Positions 7,881 to 16,979 of a DNA stretch of 61,494 bases are shown here, one piece after another. The stretch is from a virus. Lineage: Duplodnaviria > Caudoviricetes. Positions within the stretch are counted from its first letter, which is position 1; the number at the start of each line of letters is the position of its first letter. The DNA is taken from IMG/VR virus record IMGVR_UViG_3300037470_000143, positions 1-61,494 of that record. The stretch is one strand, 5' to 3'. Made by a program: the position numbers and the translations under genes. Below the pieces are notes generated by a model. The model made no database searches. It saw only the letters and a program-made list of their open reading frames with translations, and was not told the DNA's origin.

Positions 7881-8416
7881 CGCAGCAGGCTGAAAAACTA
7901 GTGAAAGCACATATCGTCAACTTGAAGAACTTCACCCCGGAGGACGTCGACCTCGAACTGGTCGAGGCCAAGCTGTGGAACATCCGCAGGTTCAATGGTC
8001 ATCCAGAGGCGCTGATGGTTCGCCAGCACACCCATCTGGTGGAGGAACTGGCCGCGCACGATGGAGCCACCCCCGAGGTCGTCGAGTGGTGCCGCCACCA
8101 CGACGACCATGAGGGCATCATTGGCGATGTGATCGGCCCGGTCGAAACGATCATCCGGGAACACACTCCCGTCCTCGACTACCTGAAGAACCATCTCGAC
8201 GTCTGCATCTGCGGCGCGCGCGGGATCAACTACCCGAGCGTGGTCACCAAGAAGGCCACCCATTTCTACGACAAGCTTGCCGAGAGTTTGGAGTGGCAGT
8301 TCGGGCTGGGCTACGACGACGCTGGGTTTCACCCCGACTGGCCCAGCTGGATCGCCAGCAACCGCCATTACGCCAGAGATTTGTTCGAGAGAGCGCGAGA
8401 CCGGGCCCGCCCCTGA
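7877..8416 (+). CDS. HD-domain phosphohydrolase (YfbR-like 5'-deoxynucleotidase family)
   Basis: RFNGH...VRQH...HHDDHEGIIGD motif pattern. Confidence 0.7.
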   Translation: MTQQAEKLVKAHIVNLKNFTPEDVDLELVEAKLWNIRRFNGHPEALMVRQHTHLVEELAAHDGATPEVVEWCRHHDDHEGIIGDVIGPVETIIREHTPVLDYLKNHLDVCICGARGINYPSVVTKKATHFYDKLAESLEWQFGLGYDDAGFHPDWPSWIASNRHYARDLFERARDRARP

Positions 8417-8634
8417 TGTTCTACCGATGCTCGATCCATTGCACCGATTGCGGTAAGATCGTCGCATCGGTTTTGACACAGGGCCGAAACATCCCACGAC
8501 GCCAGCTCTGGCGTGCGGCCCGGGAGAAAGGGGCCGTGACCGATCAGGCCGGGCGGTGGTATTGCGGACCCCGTTGCAAGACCGCTTTCCGGATGACCCA
8601 CAATACCAGCCACAAGGACACGCCATGCCTGTGA
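8416..8634 (+). CDS. Small Cys-rich putative Zn-binding protein
   Basis: CTDC and CGPRC pairs; TGATG coupling. Confidence 0.65.
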   Translation: MFYRCSIHCTDCGKIVASVLTQGRNIPRRQLWRAAREKGAVTDQAGRWYCGPRCKTAFRMTHNTSHKDTPCL

Positions 8635-8873
8635 AGCCCCCCAACCGCGTCGTCTTCCTCGATTTCGCTGAGATCGAAGCTCGCCTGTTGGCTGACATGA
8701 GCCAAGCCCTTGGTGTGCCCTCCGATCAGATGGGCAAGGAAGCCCATGACGCTCGGCAGCGCGGAAAAATCGCTCGGCATGTCCTCAACTCCAAGGTGGG
8801 CACGATCACGGGCCGGTTCACCCGAGAGAGCCCGCCCTTCCAAGAACTCGTCCCGGACAAGACCAAGGATTGA
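8625..8873 (+). CDS. 82-aa protein composed of family-A DNA polymerase-like motifs
   Basis: AAGGA RBS; LDFAEIEARLLA (motif A-like) and GTITGRFTRESPPFQEL (TGR...PNLQN-like). Confidence 0.6.
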   Translation: MPVKPPNRVVFLDFAEIEARLLADMSQALGVPSDQMGKEAHDARQRGKIARHVLNSKVGTITGRFTRESPPFQELVPDKTKD

Positions 8874-8930
8874 CCAAACCACAACATCCGGGGCAATGTT
8901 CCCCGATCAAATCAACATATGGGAATCACC

Positions 8931-11729
8931 ATGAAAGACCTCCTGACGCATTTTCACGCTCCGATCTCCGCTGAAATCTGGCAGAACAAGTACCGTTTCG
9001 TCGACAAGTTCACGAACGAAATCTTCGACGAAACCGTTGAGGATACTTGGCGGCGCGTTGCGTCGGCACTGGCCGAACCCGAAGAGAGCAACGGGCCACT
9101 GAAAGCTGGCTCGATGAGTTCCCCGGAATACTGGACGCAGGAGTTCTACGATGCGCTCTCAGATTTCAAGTTTCTCCCGGCTGGGCGTATCCTTGCGGGG
9201 GCTGGCACCGCGCGCCGTGTGACCCTGTTCAACTGCTATGTCATGGGCACGATTCCCGATAGCATGGATGGCATCTTTTCCAGCCTCCGGGAAGCGGCGC
9301 TGACGATGCAGCAGGGGGGAGGGATCGGGTACGACTTCTCGACGATCCGCCCGAAGAACGCGCAAGTGAAGCAGGTCGCTGCCGACGCCTCCGGCCCGCT
9401 GTCCTTCATGGATGTGTGGGACGCCATGTGCAGGACGGTTATGTCGGCCGGGTCGCGGCGCGGCGCGATGATGGCGACCATGCGCTGCGACCACCCTGAC
9501 ATCGAAGCCTTCATCGGGGCGAAGGCCGATCCGAACCGTCTGCGGATGTTCAACATGTCTGTTCTGGTGACGGACGCCTTCATGGCCGCCGTCAAGAACC
9601 GGAAGAACTGGGACCTCACCTTTGGCGGGAAGGTTTACAAGACGGTCTGGGCCCCGAACCTGTGGCGAACGATCATGGAATCGACCTACGCCCACGCGGA
9701 GCCGGGCGTGATTTTCATCGACCGGATCAATCAGGAAAACAACCTGAAATACATGGAGACGATCTCGGCCACGAACCCATGTGGAGAGCAGCCGCTGCCG
9801 CCCTATGGGGCATGCCTGCTGGGCTCCATCAACCTCGCCCGCCTCGTCAAGAACCCCTACCAAACCTCGTCTGGGGTAGACATAGCTGAGTTGAGGAAAC
9901 TCGTCTCTGTTGCGATCCGGATGATGGACAACGTGAACGACGTATCGCTCTTCCCTCTGGAAGAGCAGCTGGCCGAAGCCAAGGCCAAGCGCCGCGTTGG
10001 TCTGGGCGTAACGGGCCTAGCGGACGCCCTACTGATGTGTGGCCTGCGCTACGGGTCGGACGAGGCCGCTGAACGTGCCGAGACGTGGATGAGGATGATC
10101 GCACTGGCGGCCTATGAAGCCAGCATAGACCTCGCCCGGGAGAAGGGGCCTTTCCCGGCTCTGGACCGTGCCCAGTACCTGAACAGCGGCCAATTCGCCG
10201 ATCTTAAACTGCCCGGAACCATGAAGCAGGACATCATGAAGTATGGTATCCGGAACGCTCTCCTGCTGTCCATCGCCCCGACCGGGACGATCTCGCTCTA
10301 CGCAGGGAACGTCAGCTCGGGGATCGAGCCCATCTTCGCCCCAAGCTTCACTCGGAAGACCCTTCAAGACGACGGGTCGAAGAAAGAGCAGCTCGTGGTC
10401 GACTATGCGGTCTCGGTCTGGGAAGACATGAATCGGGGCATGGTCAAAGACAACCGAGAACTGACCGGAGAGCCCACGCAGGCCCTGCCCCCGGCCTATG
10501 TCGACGCTCAGAGCCTGACCCCGGCCGAGCATGTGAAGATGCAGGCCGCCGTCCAGAAGTGGGTCGACACGTCGATCTCGAAGACCATCAACGTGCCGGA
10601 GGACATCTCGTTCGAGGACTTCAAGGCGGTCTACGAGATGGCCTTCGACAACGGCCTGAAGGGCTGCACCACCTACCGGCCTAACGAGGTCACGGGGTCT
10701 GTCATTTCGGTCGAGAAACCCAAAGGTGAATCCGAAACCACGGTGAAGTCGACACCCCACAACAACGATCTACTGAAGGCAGAAGCCAATCTGCTGATGG
10801 ATGAAGCTCGACGCTACGCCGAGACCGAGGACCACAGGAAAGAGCTGAGGAAAAAACTGACCGAACTGGGGGTATCGAAGGTCAAGGACCTGACGGGACC
10901 GCTCCATGTGGAAAAAGCACACAAGCTCTACAATTGGCTGGTCGAGCAGCAGGAGCCCAATGGTGAATCCGAAACCACGTCAAGGGGGCCAATGCTCGTC
11001 GTGGAGACAAACCCGTCCAATGATAAGTCTTGGGTCGAGAACATCTTCCGGGACGAACCAGAGGGAGACCCCTACAAGCAGTTCGCAGAAGACCTAGCGA
11101 AAGCCGAAAATGCCCCACCGGGCGGAAACGTAGTTGTCGACGAGAAGCCGCAGGAGCGCGGGTTTGTTCTCGACGGGTCGACCTACAAGATCAAGCTCGG
11201 CGACTCGGCGGCCGTCTACGTGACGATCACCGACGTGGAGACCGAGGAAGGGATGCGGCCGTTCGAAGTCTTCATCGCCACCAAAGACCCGGCGCACCAG
11301 CAGTGGACGACAGCCCTCACCCTGATGATTTCGGCCGTGTTCCGCAGGCCCCACAATAGCCGCTTCGTCGTCGAAGAGCTGAAGAGCGTCTTCGACCCGA
11401 AAGGCGGAGGCTTCTGGCATGGCAAATACTGGAACTCGACCGTGGCCGCCATCGGCCGGGTGATCGAGGTTCACATGGAGCGCATCGGCTACATCAACCG
11501 TCCGGAAGTCCCGTGGGAGCTGGTAGAAAAAGGTCGTTTGACACACGACCACCCCAATCCGCAGAGCTTTCCCCGGGATCGAGCCGAGGATTTCGTATTT
11601 GCCTCGACGCGCGGAGATGCCAAGATCGAGGTCGCGAAGAGGACGTGCCCAAAGTGCTATTCGACAAACCTGCGGCACGAGAGCGGGTGTCTGACCTGCA
11701 ACGACTGCGGCCACAGCAAGTGCGGCTGA
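8931..11729 (+). CDS. nrdJ: Class II (adenosylcobalamin-dependent) ribonucleotide reductase with C-terminal TSCPD/Zn-ribbon domain
   Basis: TLFNCYV, GGGIGYDFS, ATNPCGEQPLPPYGACLLGS, SIAPTGTIS, GLKGCTTYR and terminal CPKC..CLTCNDCGHSKCG; no nrdB nearby; start could be 8919. Confidence 0.93.
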   Translation: MKDLLTHFHAPISAEIWQNKYRFVDKFTNEIFDETVEDTWRRVASALAEPEESNGPLKAGSMSSPEYWTQEFYDALSDFKFLPAGRILAGAGTARRVTLFNCYVMGTIPDSMDGIFSSLREAALTMQQGGGIGYDFSTIRPKNAQVKQVAADASGPLSFMDVWDAMCRTVMSAGSRRGAMMATMRCDHPDIEAFIGAKADPNRLRMFNMSVLVTDAFMAAVKNRKNWDLTFGGKVYKTVWAPNLWRTIMESTYAHAEPGVIFIDRINQENNLKYMETISATNPCGEQPLPPYGACLLGSINLARLVKNPYQTSSGVDIAELRKLVSVAIRMMDNVNDVSLFPLEEQLAEAKAKRRVGLGVTGLADALLMCGLRYGSDEAAERAETWMRMIALAAYEASIDLAREKGPFPALDRAQYLNSGQFADLKLPGTMKQDIMKYGIRNALLLSIAPTGTISLYAGNVSSGIEPIFAPSFTRKTLQDDGSKKEQLVVDYAVSVWEDMNRGMVKDNRELTGEPTQALPPAYVDAQSLTPAEHVKMQAAVQKWVDTSISKTINVPEDISFEDFKAVYEMAFDNGLKGCTTYRPNEVTGSVISVEKPKGESETTVKSTPHNNDLLKAEANLLMDEARRYAETEDHRKELRKKLTELGVSKVKDLTGPLHVEKAHKLYNWLVEQQEPNGESETTSRGPMLVVETNPSNDKSWVENIFRDEPEGDPYKQFAEDLAKAENAPPGGNVVVDEKPQERGFVLDGSTYKIKLGDSAAVYVTITDVETEEGMRPFEVFIATKDPAHQQWTTALTLMISAVFRRPHNSRFVVEELKSVFDPKGGGFWHGKYWNSTVAAIGRVIEVHMERIGYINRPEVPWELVEKGRLTHDHPNPQSFPRDRAEDFVFASTRGDAKIEVAKRTCPKCYSTNLRHESGCLTCNDCGHSKCG

Positions 11730-11805
11730 ACTTGCCGGTTTTCTGAACCGGGAGCGATTAACCTAGCGAGGGCATGGTGCCCCCACAAAACAAAGGAGAG
11801 ACGAC

Positions 11806-12015
11806 ATGACGACACGAGTTCTGGTAGACGCCCACGCGGGTTGGCCGGTGAAGGTCGAGGCTATCGACAAGGTCTATGACCGCGCGACAAGCGAGTATAC
11901 TGGTGAAACCCAGACGACAGAGACGACCGTGGTCCGGCCGAACACCGAGCAGGAGTTCTACGTCCACGATAGCAGGCAGCTGCTCATCACCGAGATGGCA
12001 CCGACCGAGGGCTAA
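11806..12015 (+). CDS. Hypothetical protein
   Basis: AAAGGAGAG RBS. Confidence 0.75.
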   Translation: MTTRVLVDAHAGWPVKVEAIDKVYDRATSEYTGETQTTETTVVRPNTEQEFYVHDSRQLLITEMAPTEG

Positions 12016-12045
12016 AACTTCGAGCCCTAAACTCCACCAAAAATT

Positions 12046-12079
12046 GGGGCCCGGGATTTCGATTCCCGAGCCCCTTTTT
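12046..12079 (+). terminator. Rho-independent terminator
   Basis: GGGGCCCGGGAT-ttcg-ATTCCCGAGCCCC stem followed by TTTTT. Confidence 0.75.
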
Positions 12080-12166
12080 CCGTGGTGGTTGGGTGTTTTG
12101 CCGTTGGGGGCGGCGTGTCCCACCATACGACCCCCAGATTCTTTTTTCAACTTTCTCGTTTGAGGG

Positions 12167-12198
12167 GGGTTGATTACCAACCCGGAGTAGCCTAAGTC
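12167..12198 (+). promoter_or_regulatory. Putative sigma70-type promoter
   Basis: TTGATT (12170-12175), 17 bp, TAAGTC (12193-12198); matches the 6484 promoter frame. Confidence 0.6.
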
Positions 12199-12256
12199 GT
12201 GGGCAGGGCGAAGTGTGCCCTTATTTTGCAGAACCCCTCGAAAGGACTCAAGCAAC

Positions 12257-13396
12257 ATGGCTACCTTGATGCAATGCAGCGAACAGTGGATGAAGCGCCC
12301 GGCAGACGAGCGTTTTCTCTCCCTCGACGAAATGGCCGACAAGAAGCAGGCAATCCGCGATGCCTCGGCCGCGAGCGTCGTCCCGAACCGTGCTCTGAGG
12401 TTCACGACTCACCCCGGCAACCCCGAACGTGGCCTGACCATCGAAGGCTCGAACGGCTACTACGACCCGACCCACTACAGCTTCGGTCAGATCGCAGGGC
12501 TGGCCGGTGCACCTGCCTCCTACCTCCGCAAGCTGCATCCGCAGCTCGTCGCAGACAACCTGAACTACTCGATGTCATTCAACCGTGACATCGAAGAAGT
12601 TGGCGTCCTACGGACCAAGGTCACGCCGGATGTGGTGGCGGACCACGGGGGCGGCGACTTCTACGAGCACGTCGAGCTGCGCGCCGCGACCGGTCCGAAT
12701 TACGGCCGCGTCTGGGACGTCGACATCATCAACATGCTTCGCTCGCGCTTCGGCGACGGCCGCACAGGCGACTTCCGGGTCCCCGGTGAGTTCGGCCGGG
12801 ACGTCCCGATCACCCGGGACAACACGACCCTCTACGCCTCCGACCGTGACATGTTCGTCTTCCTCGCTGACGAGAACAACCGGGTCGATGTCGCCAACCG
12901 CCGCGATGGCAAGAGCGGGTCGCTCGCCCGGGGCTTCTTCGTCTGGAACTCCGAGGTCGGCAGCTCGTCGCTCGGTGCTGCGTTTTTCCTCTTCGACTTC
13001 GCCTGCTCGAACCGGATCGTCTGGGGTGCGCAGGACTTCAAAGAGATTCGCCTGCGCCACACCAGCGGCGCGCCGGATCGTTGGATGGAAGGCGTCGTGC
13101 CGGTCCTGAAGGAATACGCCAACAGTGCGGCCGCACCCATCGAACAGACCATCGCCATCGCGCAGCAGAAGCGCGTTGACGACAATCTGGCGGAGTTCTT
13201 CAAGAAGCGCCAGTTCACCCAGTCCGAGCGCCGGGTCGCCGAGGAAGCGCATCTGCGCGAAGAGGGTCGCCCCATCGAGACCCTGTGGGATGCCGTGACC
13301 GGCGTTACCGCCGCCGCCAAGTCCATCCGCAATCAGGATGACCGGGTGTCGCTGGAACGCAAGGGCGGGGCTCTGCTCGACCTCGTCGACTTCTAA
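12257..13396 (+). CDS. DUF932-family protein
   Basis: QWMKRPADERFLSL start; LYASDRDMFVFL, RGFFVWNSEVG and CSNRIVWG motifs recognised from the family. Confidence 0.75.
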   Translation: MATLMQCSEQWMKRPADERFLSLDEMADKKQAIRDASAASVVPNRALRFTTHPGNPERGLTIEGSNGYYDPTHYSFGQIAGLAGAPASYLRKLHPQLVADNLNYSMSFNRDIEEVGVLRTKVTPDVVADHGGGDFYEHVELRAATGPNYGRVWDVDIINMLRSRFGDGRTGDFRVPGEFGRDVPITRDNTTLYASDRDMFVFLADENNRVDVANRRDGKSGSLARGFFVWNSEVGSSSLGAAFFLFDFACSNRIVWGAQDFKEIRLRHTSGAPDRWMEGVVPVLKEYANSAAAPIEQTIAIAQQKRVDDNLAEFFKKRQFTQSERRVAEEAHLREEGRPIETLWDAVTGVTAAAKSIRNQDDRVSLERKGGALLDLVDF

Positions 13397-13440
13397 CGGA
13401 AAGGGCGCGGGAGTTTCTTGGTCGTTTCGACCGCGCCTTT

Positions 13441-13483
13441 ACGTCCCCCGGGAGATCACCGACCCATCTCCCGGGGGCGTTTT
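13441..13483 (+). terminator. Terminator-like hairpin
   Basis: CCCCCGGGAGAT...ATCTCCCGGGGG followed by CGTTTT; a second stem lies at 13400-13440. Confidence 0.6.
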
Positions 13484-13609
13484 GGAGATAACTCATGCCC
13501 GATTGGCTTGTAGACCTGCTCTCGATCCTTGGGATCGTTTCTATATTTGGACTCGCTGGCTGGGCCCTGCTTAACGACGAAGACGACGTGCCATAGGGGG
13601 AACAGGGCA

Positions 13610-14512
13610 GTGTTTGAACAGTTCGTAGAGAAGAAATTCCGGCAGGATTCGATGGACCTCATCGGGACGGCCAACGACGTCCTCGCCGAGTATGCCGCCG
13701 ACGACTTCACACTGACGCTCCGCCAGCTCTATTACCAGTTCGTCGCCCGGGGCCTTCTCGGCAACACGGACCGGAACTACAAGCGGCTGGGCGGGGTTAT
13801 TACTGACGCCCGCATGGCCGGTCTCATCGACTGGGACGCCATCGAAGACCGGGGTCGCAACCTCGGGAAGTGGCTTATCCAGCCGAACATCAGAGCGATC
13901 CTGAAGTCCCTCCCAAAGAAGCTGGCACAGGACATGTGGGCGGAACAGGAGCACTACGTCGAGGTCTGGGTCGAGAAGGACGCCCTGTCATCTATCGTCG
14001 AGCGCGCCTGTGGCGACCGCAGAGTTCCCTTCCTCGCCTGCAAGGGCTACCTGTCCGCGTCCGAGGCATACCGGGCCGCCAAGCGGTTCGAGGGAGCCCA
14101 ACGCAACGGGAAGCAGGCTCACATCATCCACCTCGGCGACCATGATCCATCTGGCCTCGACATGACCCGGGATAACCGGGAGCGCGTGTCGATGATGGCG
14201 TGGGACGAGGTATACGTCCAAAGGATCGCGCTGAACCGGGATCAGATCGACCAGTATGCCCCGCCGCCGAACCCGGCCAAGGTAACGGACTCCCGGGCCG
14301 CCGATTACATCGCCCGGCATGGACGCACCAGCTGGGAGCTGGATGCCCTCGAACCCCGGGTCCTCGTCGACCTTATCCACGAGGCCATCGAGCCTCTGGT
14401 CGACGAGGACCAATGGCAGGCCGACCTTGACATCGAGCGCGAGAAAGAGGCCCTGCTACGTGGCGTTCACGAGAACTGGGATGATCTTGAGCAGATCATC
14501 CGAGAGAGCTAG
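13610..14512 (+). CDS. TOPRIM protein of the topoisomerase VI-A/Spo11/JetD-like class
   Basis: LTLRQLYYQ helix, EVWVEKDAL, HLGDHDPSG (DxD) and WELDAL; GTG start inferred. Confidence 0.75.
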   Translation: MFEQFVEKKFRQDSMDLIGTANDVLAEYAADDFTLTLRQLYYQFVARGLLGNTDRNYKRLGGVITDARMAGLIDWDAIEDRGRNLGKWLIQPNIRAILKSLPKKLAQDMWAEQEHYVEVWVEKDALSSIVERACGDRRVPFLACKGYLSASEAYRAAKRFEGAQRNGKQAHIIHLGDHDPSGLDMTRDNRERVSMMAWDEVYVQRIALNRDQIDQYAPPPNPAKVTDSRAADYIARHGRTSWELDALEPRVLVDLIHEAIEPLVDEDQWQADLDIEREKEALLRGVHENWDDLEQIIRES

Positions 14513-14521
14513 GGACAGTAA

Positions 14522-14875
14522 ATGCACACGTCAGGCACCATCTACCCCGACGGGCGCGTCCAGTACCATGGCTATGAGCGCATGGATTCCCGGGTGCTGT
14601 TCATCGACGACGAGTCCATCGTGATCCATCACCCGGGGGGCCGTTACTGGGACAACGGAGGGGGGCACTATGTCAGCGCCCGCATCGAGGTTTGGCCGCT
14701 CGCCGAACTTCGCCCGGCCAACGAAGAGGGACACTGGCTGTTTCAGCTCGACAGGGGCCGGGGAGCCACCTTCCATCCCGTTCCGAAACAGGCCACGGCC
14801 AACGCAATGTGGACGCTCCGAGAGCGGGGAGACGAGATCATGAAGCGTATGAAAGCACAGAAAGAGGAATCCTGA
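14522..14875 (+). CDS. Hypothetical protein
   Basis: ORF in a tight operon. Confidence 0.75.
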   Translation: MHTSGTIYPDGRVQYHGYERMDSRVLFIDDESIVIHHPGGRYWDNGGGHYVSARIEVWPLAELRPANEEGHWLFQLDRGRGATFHPVPKQATANAMWTLRERGDEIMKRMKAQKEES

Positions 14876-14876
14876 T

Positions 14877-15272
14877 ATGGACTTACGCCAACACCTGCTT
14901 CGCCAGATGGCCTTCAGCCGGGGCACCTTCGGACCGGGAGACCGGCAGCGCGGGGTCATCGACCATTGCCGCGAAGAGCTGGACGAGATCGAAGCCGAAC
15001 TGGAAAAAGGCGCGGCCGAGGCCGGGTCTGCTGAGTTCGACGATGCTGCCACCGAATGGGTCGACATGATCCTGCTCAGTCTCGACGGGTGTTGGCGGGC
15101 TTTGCAAGCAGCGGCCCCGAAGATGCCTCCGGATCGTGTCGCGGACGAGGTCGTCTACCGCATCAAGACGAAGCAAAGCAAAAACGAGATGCGCGATTGG
15201 CCTGACTGGCGCAAAGCGAACCCTGATAAGGCCATCAACCACACCCGGAGTGGCCAAGGGGGGCGGAAATAG
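14877..15272 (+). CDS. DUF550 dATP/dGTP pyrophosphohydrolase-like protein
   Basis: FSRGTFGPG, DHCREELDEIE, EWVDMILLSLDG and KNEMRDWPDW motifs. Confidence 0.8.
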   Translation: MDLRQHLLRQMAFSRGTFGPGDRQRGVIDHCREELDEIEAELEKGAAEAGSAEFDDAATEWVDMILLSLDGCWRALQAAAPKMPPDRVADEVVYRIKTKQSKNEMRDWPDWRKANPDKAINHTRSGQGGRK

Positions 15273-15479
15273 ATGGATGCCGTCCTCGCGGATACCCTGA
15301 TCTTCTTCCTCGGGCTCTTGGTCGGCGGATCGCTCGTTGCGCTCGTCGCGCTGAAGGCTATCGGGGTGGTGATTAGCGATACCGCCCGGATTTTCGTGGG
15401 GGCTATCGTCGAAAAAGGCTATTTTCTCCACGACGGGGTTCGTTATACGGTCAAACCCCACAACCAAGAAGGAACCTGA
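15273..15479 (+). CDS. Small membrane protein
   Basis: Hydrophobic N-terminal helix; operon context. Confidence 0.7.
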   Translation: MDAVLADTLIFFLGLLVGGSLVALVALKAIGVVISDTARIFVGAIVEKGYFLHDGVRYTVKPHNQEGT

Positions 15480-15481
15480 CA

Positions 15482-15706
15482 ATGTCGATGAAGAAGATCA
15501 TGCTGACCGGGGCGTCCATGCTGGGGGTGGGATCGTTTATGGCCTCGCCGGAACAGGAGAAGAGGGAACGCCAGCAGCTGACCACCAACGCCTCACGTCA
15601 TCCGGAGAAGGCCAAGGCCGACTCCCGGCAGGTCCGTCGCCAGAAGGAACGGTTGGCAAAGAAGACGTCGCTTGTCGACAAACGTCATCGGGGAAGAGAA
15701 GTATGA
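15482..15706 (+). CDS. Small basic hypothetical protein
   Basis: AAGGA RBS; operon context. Confidence 0.65.
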   Translation: MSMKKIMLTGASMLGVGSFMASPEQEKRERQQLTTNASRHPEKAKADSRQVRRQKERLAKKTSLVDKRHRGREV

Positions 15707-15978
15707 ACAACCCGCCCCCGGTGCCTTTTTCTTTTAAGGTCACTGGCCGCCCGATCACCCCCGATTTGAGAGAAGTCTTCGGTGCCTTCGGTAACGTCAC
15801 GGGAATCCGGGTGGACGGTTCTCACATCGACGTCCAATACGAGGACGGGCTGGTGGTGACATTTGCCCCCATTTTCCACCCCTTGAAGCAGGATCGAGGA
15901 TTGGGCGCGGCGCGCGCGTCGGTGCAGCCCCGGGCTGTCTCCCCCGCTACGCCACCACCATCTAAACCGAAGAGGTAG
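15703..15978 (+). CDS. Hypothetical protein
   Basis: ATGA overlap. Confidence 0.65.
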   Translation: MNNPPPVPFSFKVTGRPITPDLREVFGAFGNVTGIRVDGSHIDVQYEDGLVVTFAPIFHPLKQDRGLGAARASVQPRAVSPATPPPSKPKR

Positions 15979-15983
15979 ACCGA

Positions 15984-16979
15984 ATGAACGACATCACCAA
16001 AAACCAGAGATGGGACCATCTGGATCGTCCCAGCGTCGAAGCTCTCGACGCCATCCTCGGGGCCCCTACACATGTCCTCGACCACGGCTTTGTCCGGGTC
16101 ATCGACTACATGGGCGACGAGGCCGCCATCGTGCAGGCCGCCCGGGTCAGCTACGGCGCAGGGACCAAGACCAAGTCCGACGACCGGGGGCTCATCCGCT
16201 ACCTGATGCGGCACCACCACACCACCCCGTTCGAGATGTGCGAGATCAAGCTGCACATGAAGCTGCCGATCTTCGTTGCCCGGCAGTGGATCAGGCACCG
16301 GACCGCCAGTGTCAACGAACACTCGGCCCGCTACTCGATCCTCGCGAACGAGTTCTTCGTTCCGGACCCAATGGAACTTCAGCGCCAATCCCTGACGAAC
16401 AAGCAGGGCCGCGATGGGATGTTTTCTGAAGAGGTCTCGTCGGCGATGTCCGAGACGATCCGGCACCATTCTGCGGGCTCCTACCAGCTCTACGAAGAGC
16501 TTCTGCACGGGTGGCCTTGGTTCAACGAGGACGGGGATCGCTATGTCATTCCAGACAACCCCTTCGTCCCGGACCGGGTCGAACAGCGCGAGCCGCACGA
16601 GGCCGGGCATGGCATGGCGCGCGAGCTGGCCCGGATGGTGCTGCCGGTGAACGCTTACACTGAGTGGTACTGGAAGGTTGACCTGCACAACCTGCTGCAC
16701 CTGCTCCGGCTCCGTTGCGATTCCCATGCACAGACTGAAATCCGAGCTTACGCGGACGTGATCGCGCTCGTCGTGCAGGAGTGGCTTCCGAACGTCTGGG
16801 ATGCCTTCGAGGAATACCAGACAAAAGCCTTGACGTTCTCCGCCTCCGAAGCGGAGATCGTCAAGCTCGTGCTGGCGAGGAACCCCGGCGCAGTCCGCAA
16901 GATGGTCCATGACAACGGGCTCTCTGCCGGGGAACGCCGCGAATTTTTCACGAAACTGGGAGTGAGAGATGCTGACTAA
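15984..16979 (+). CDS. thyX: Flavin-dependent thymidylate synthase
   Basis: AARVSY, HTTPFE, RQWIRHRTASVNEHSARY, ELARMVLP and HAQTEIR. Confidence 0.96.
   Translation: MNDITKNQRWDHLDRPSVEALDAILGAPTHVLDHGFVRVIDYMGDEAAIVQAARVSYGAGTKTKSDDRGLIRYLMRHHHTTPFEMCEIKLHMKLPIFVARQWIRHRTASVNEHSARYSILANEFFVPDPMELQRQSLTNKQGRDGMFSEEVSSAMSETIRHHSAGSYQLYEELLHGWPWFNEDGDRYVIPDNPFVPDRVEQREPHEAGHGMARELARMVLPVNAYTEWYWKVDLHNLLHLLRLRCDSHAQTEIRAYADVIALVVQEWLPNVWDAFEEYQTKALTFSASEAEIVKLVLARNPGAVRKMVHDNGLSAGERREFFTKLGVRDAD

Noticed and set aside
10720-11150. Intein in NrdJ
   Set aside because: No N-terminal C/S block, no HN-C/S/T junction and no LAGLIDADG motifs
7877-15272. Complete diaminopurine (Z-genome) pathway
   Set aside because: No PurZ/adenylosuccinate synthetase-like ORF was recognised
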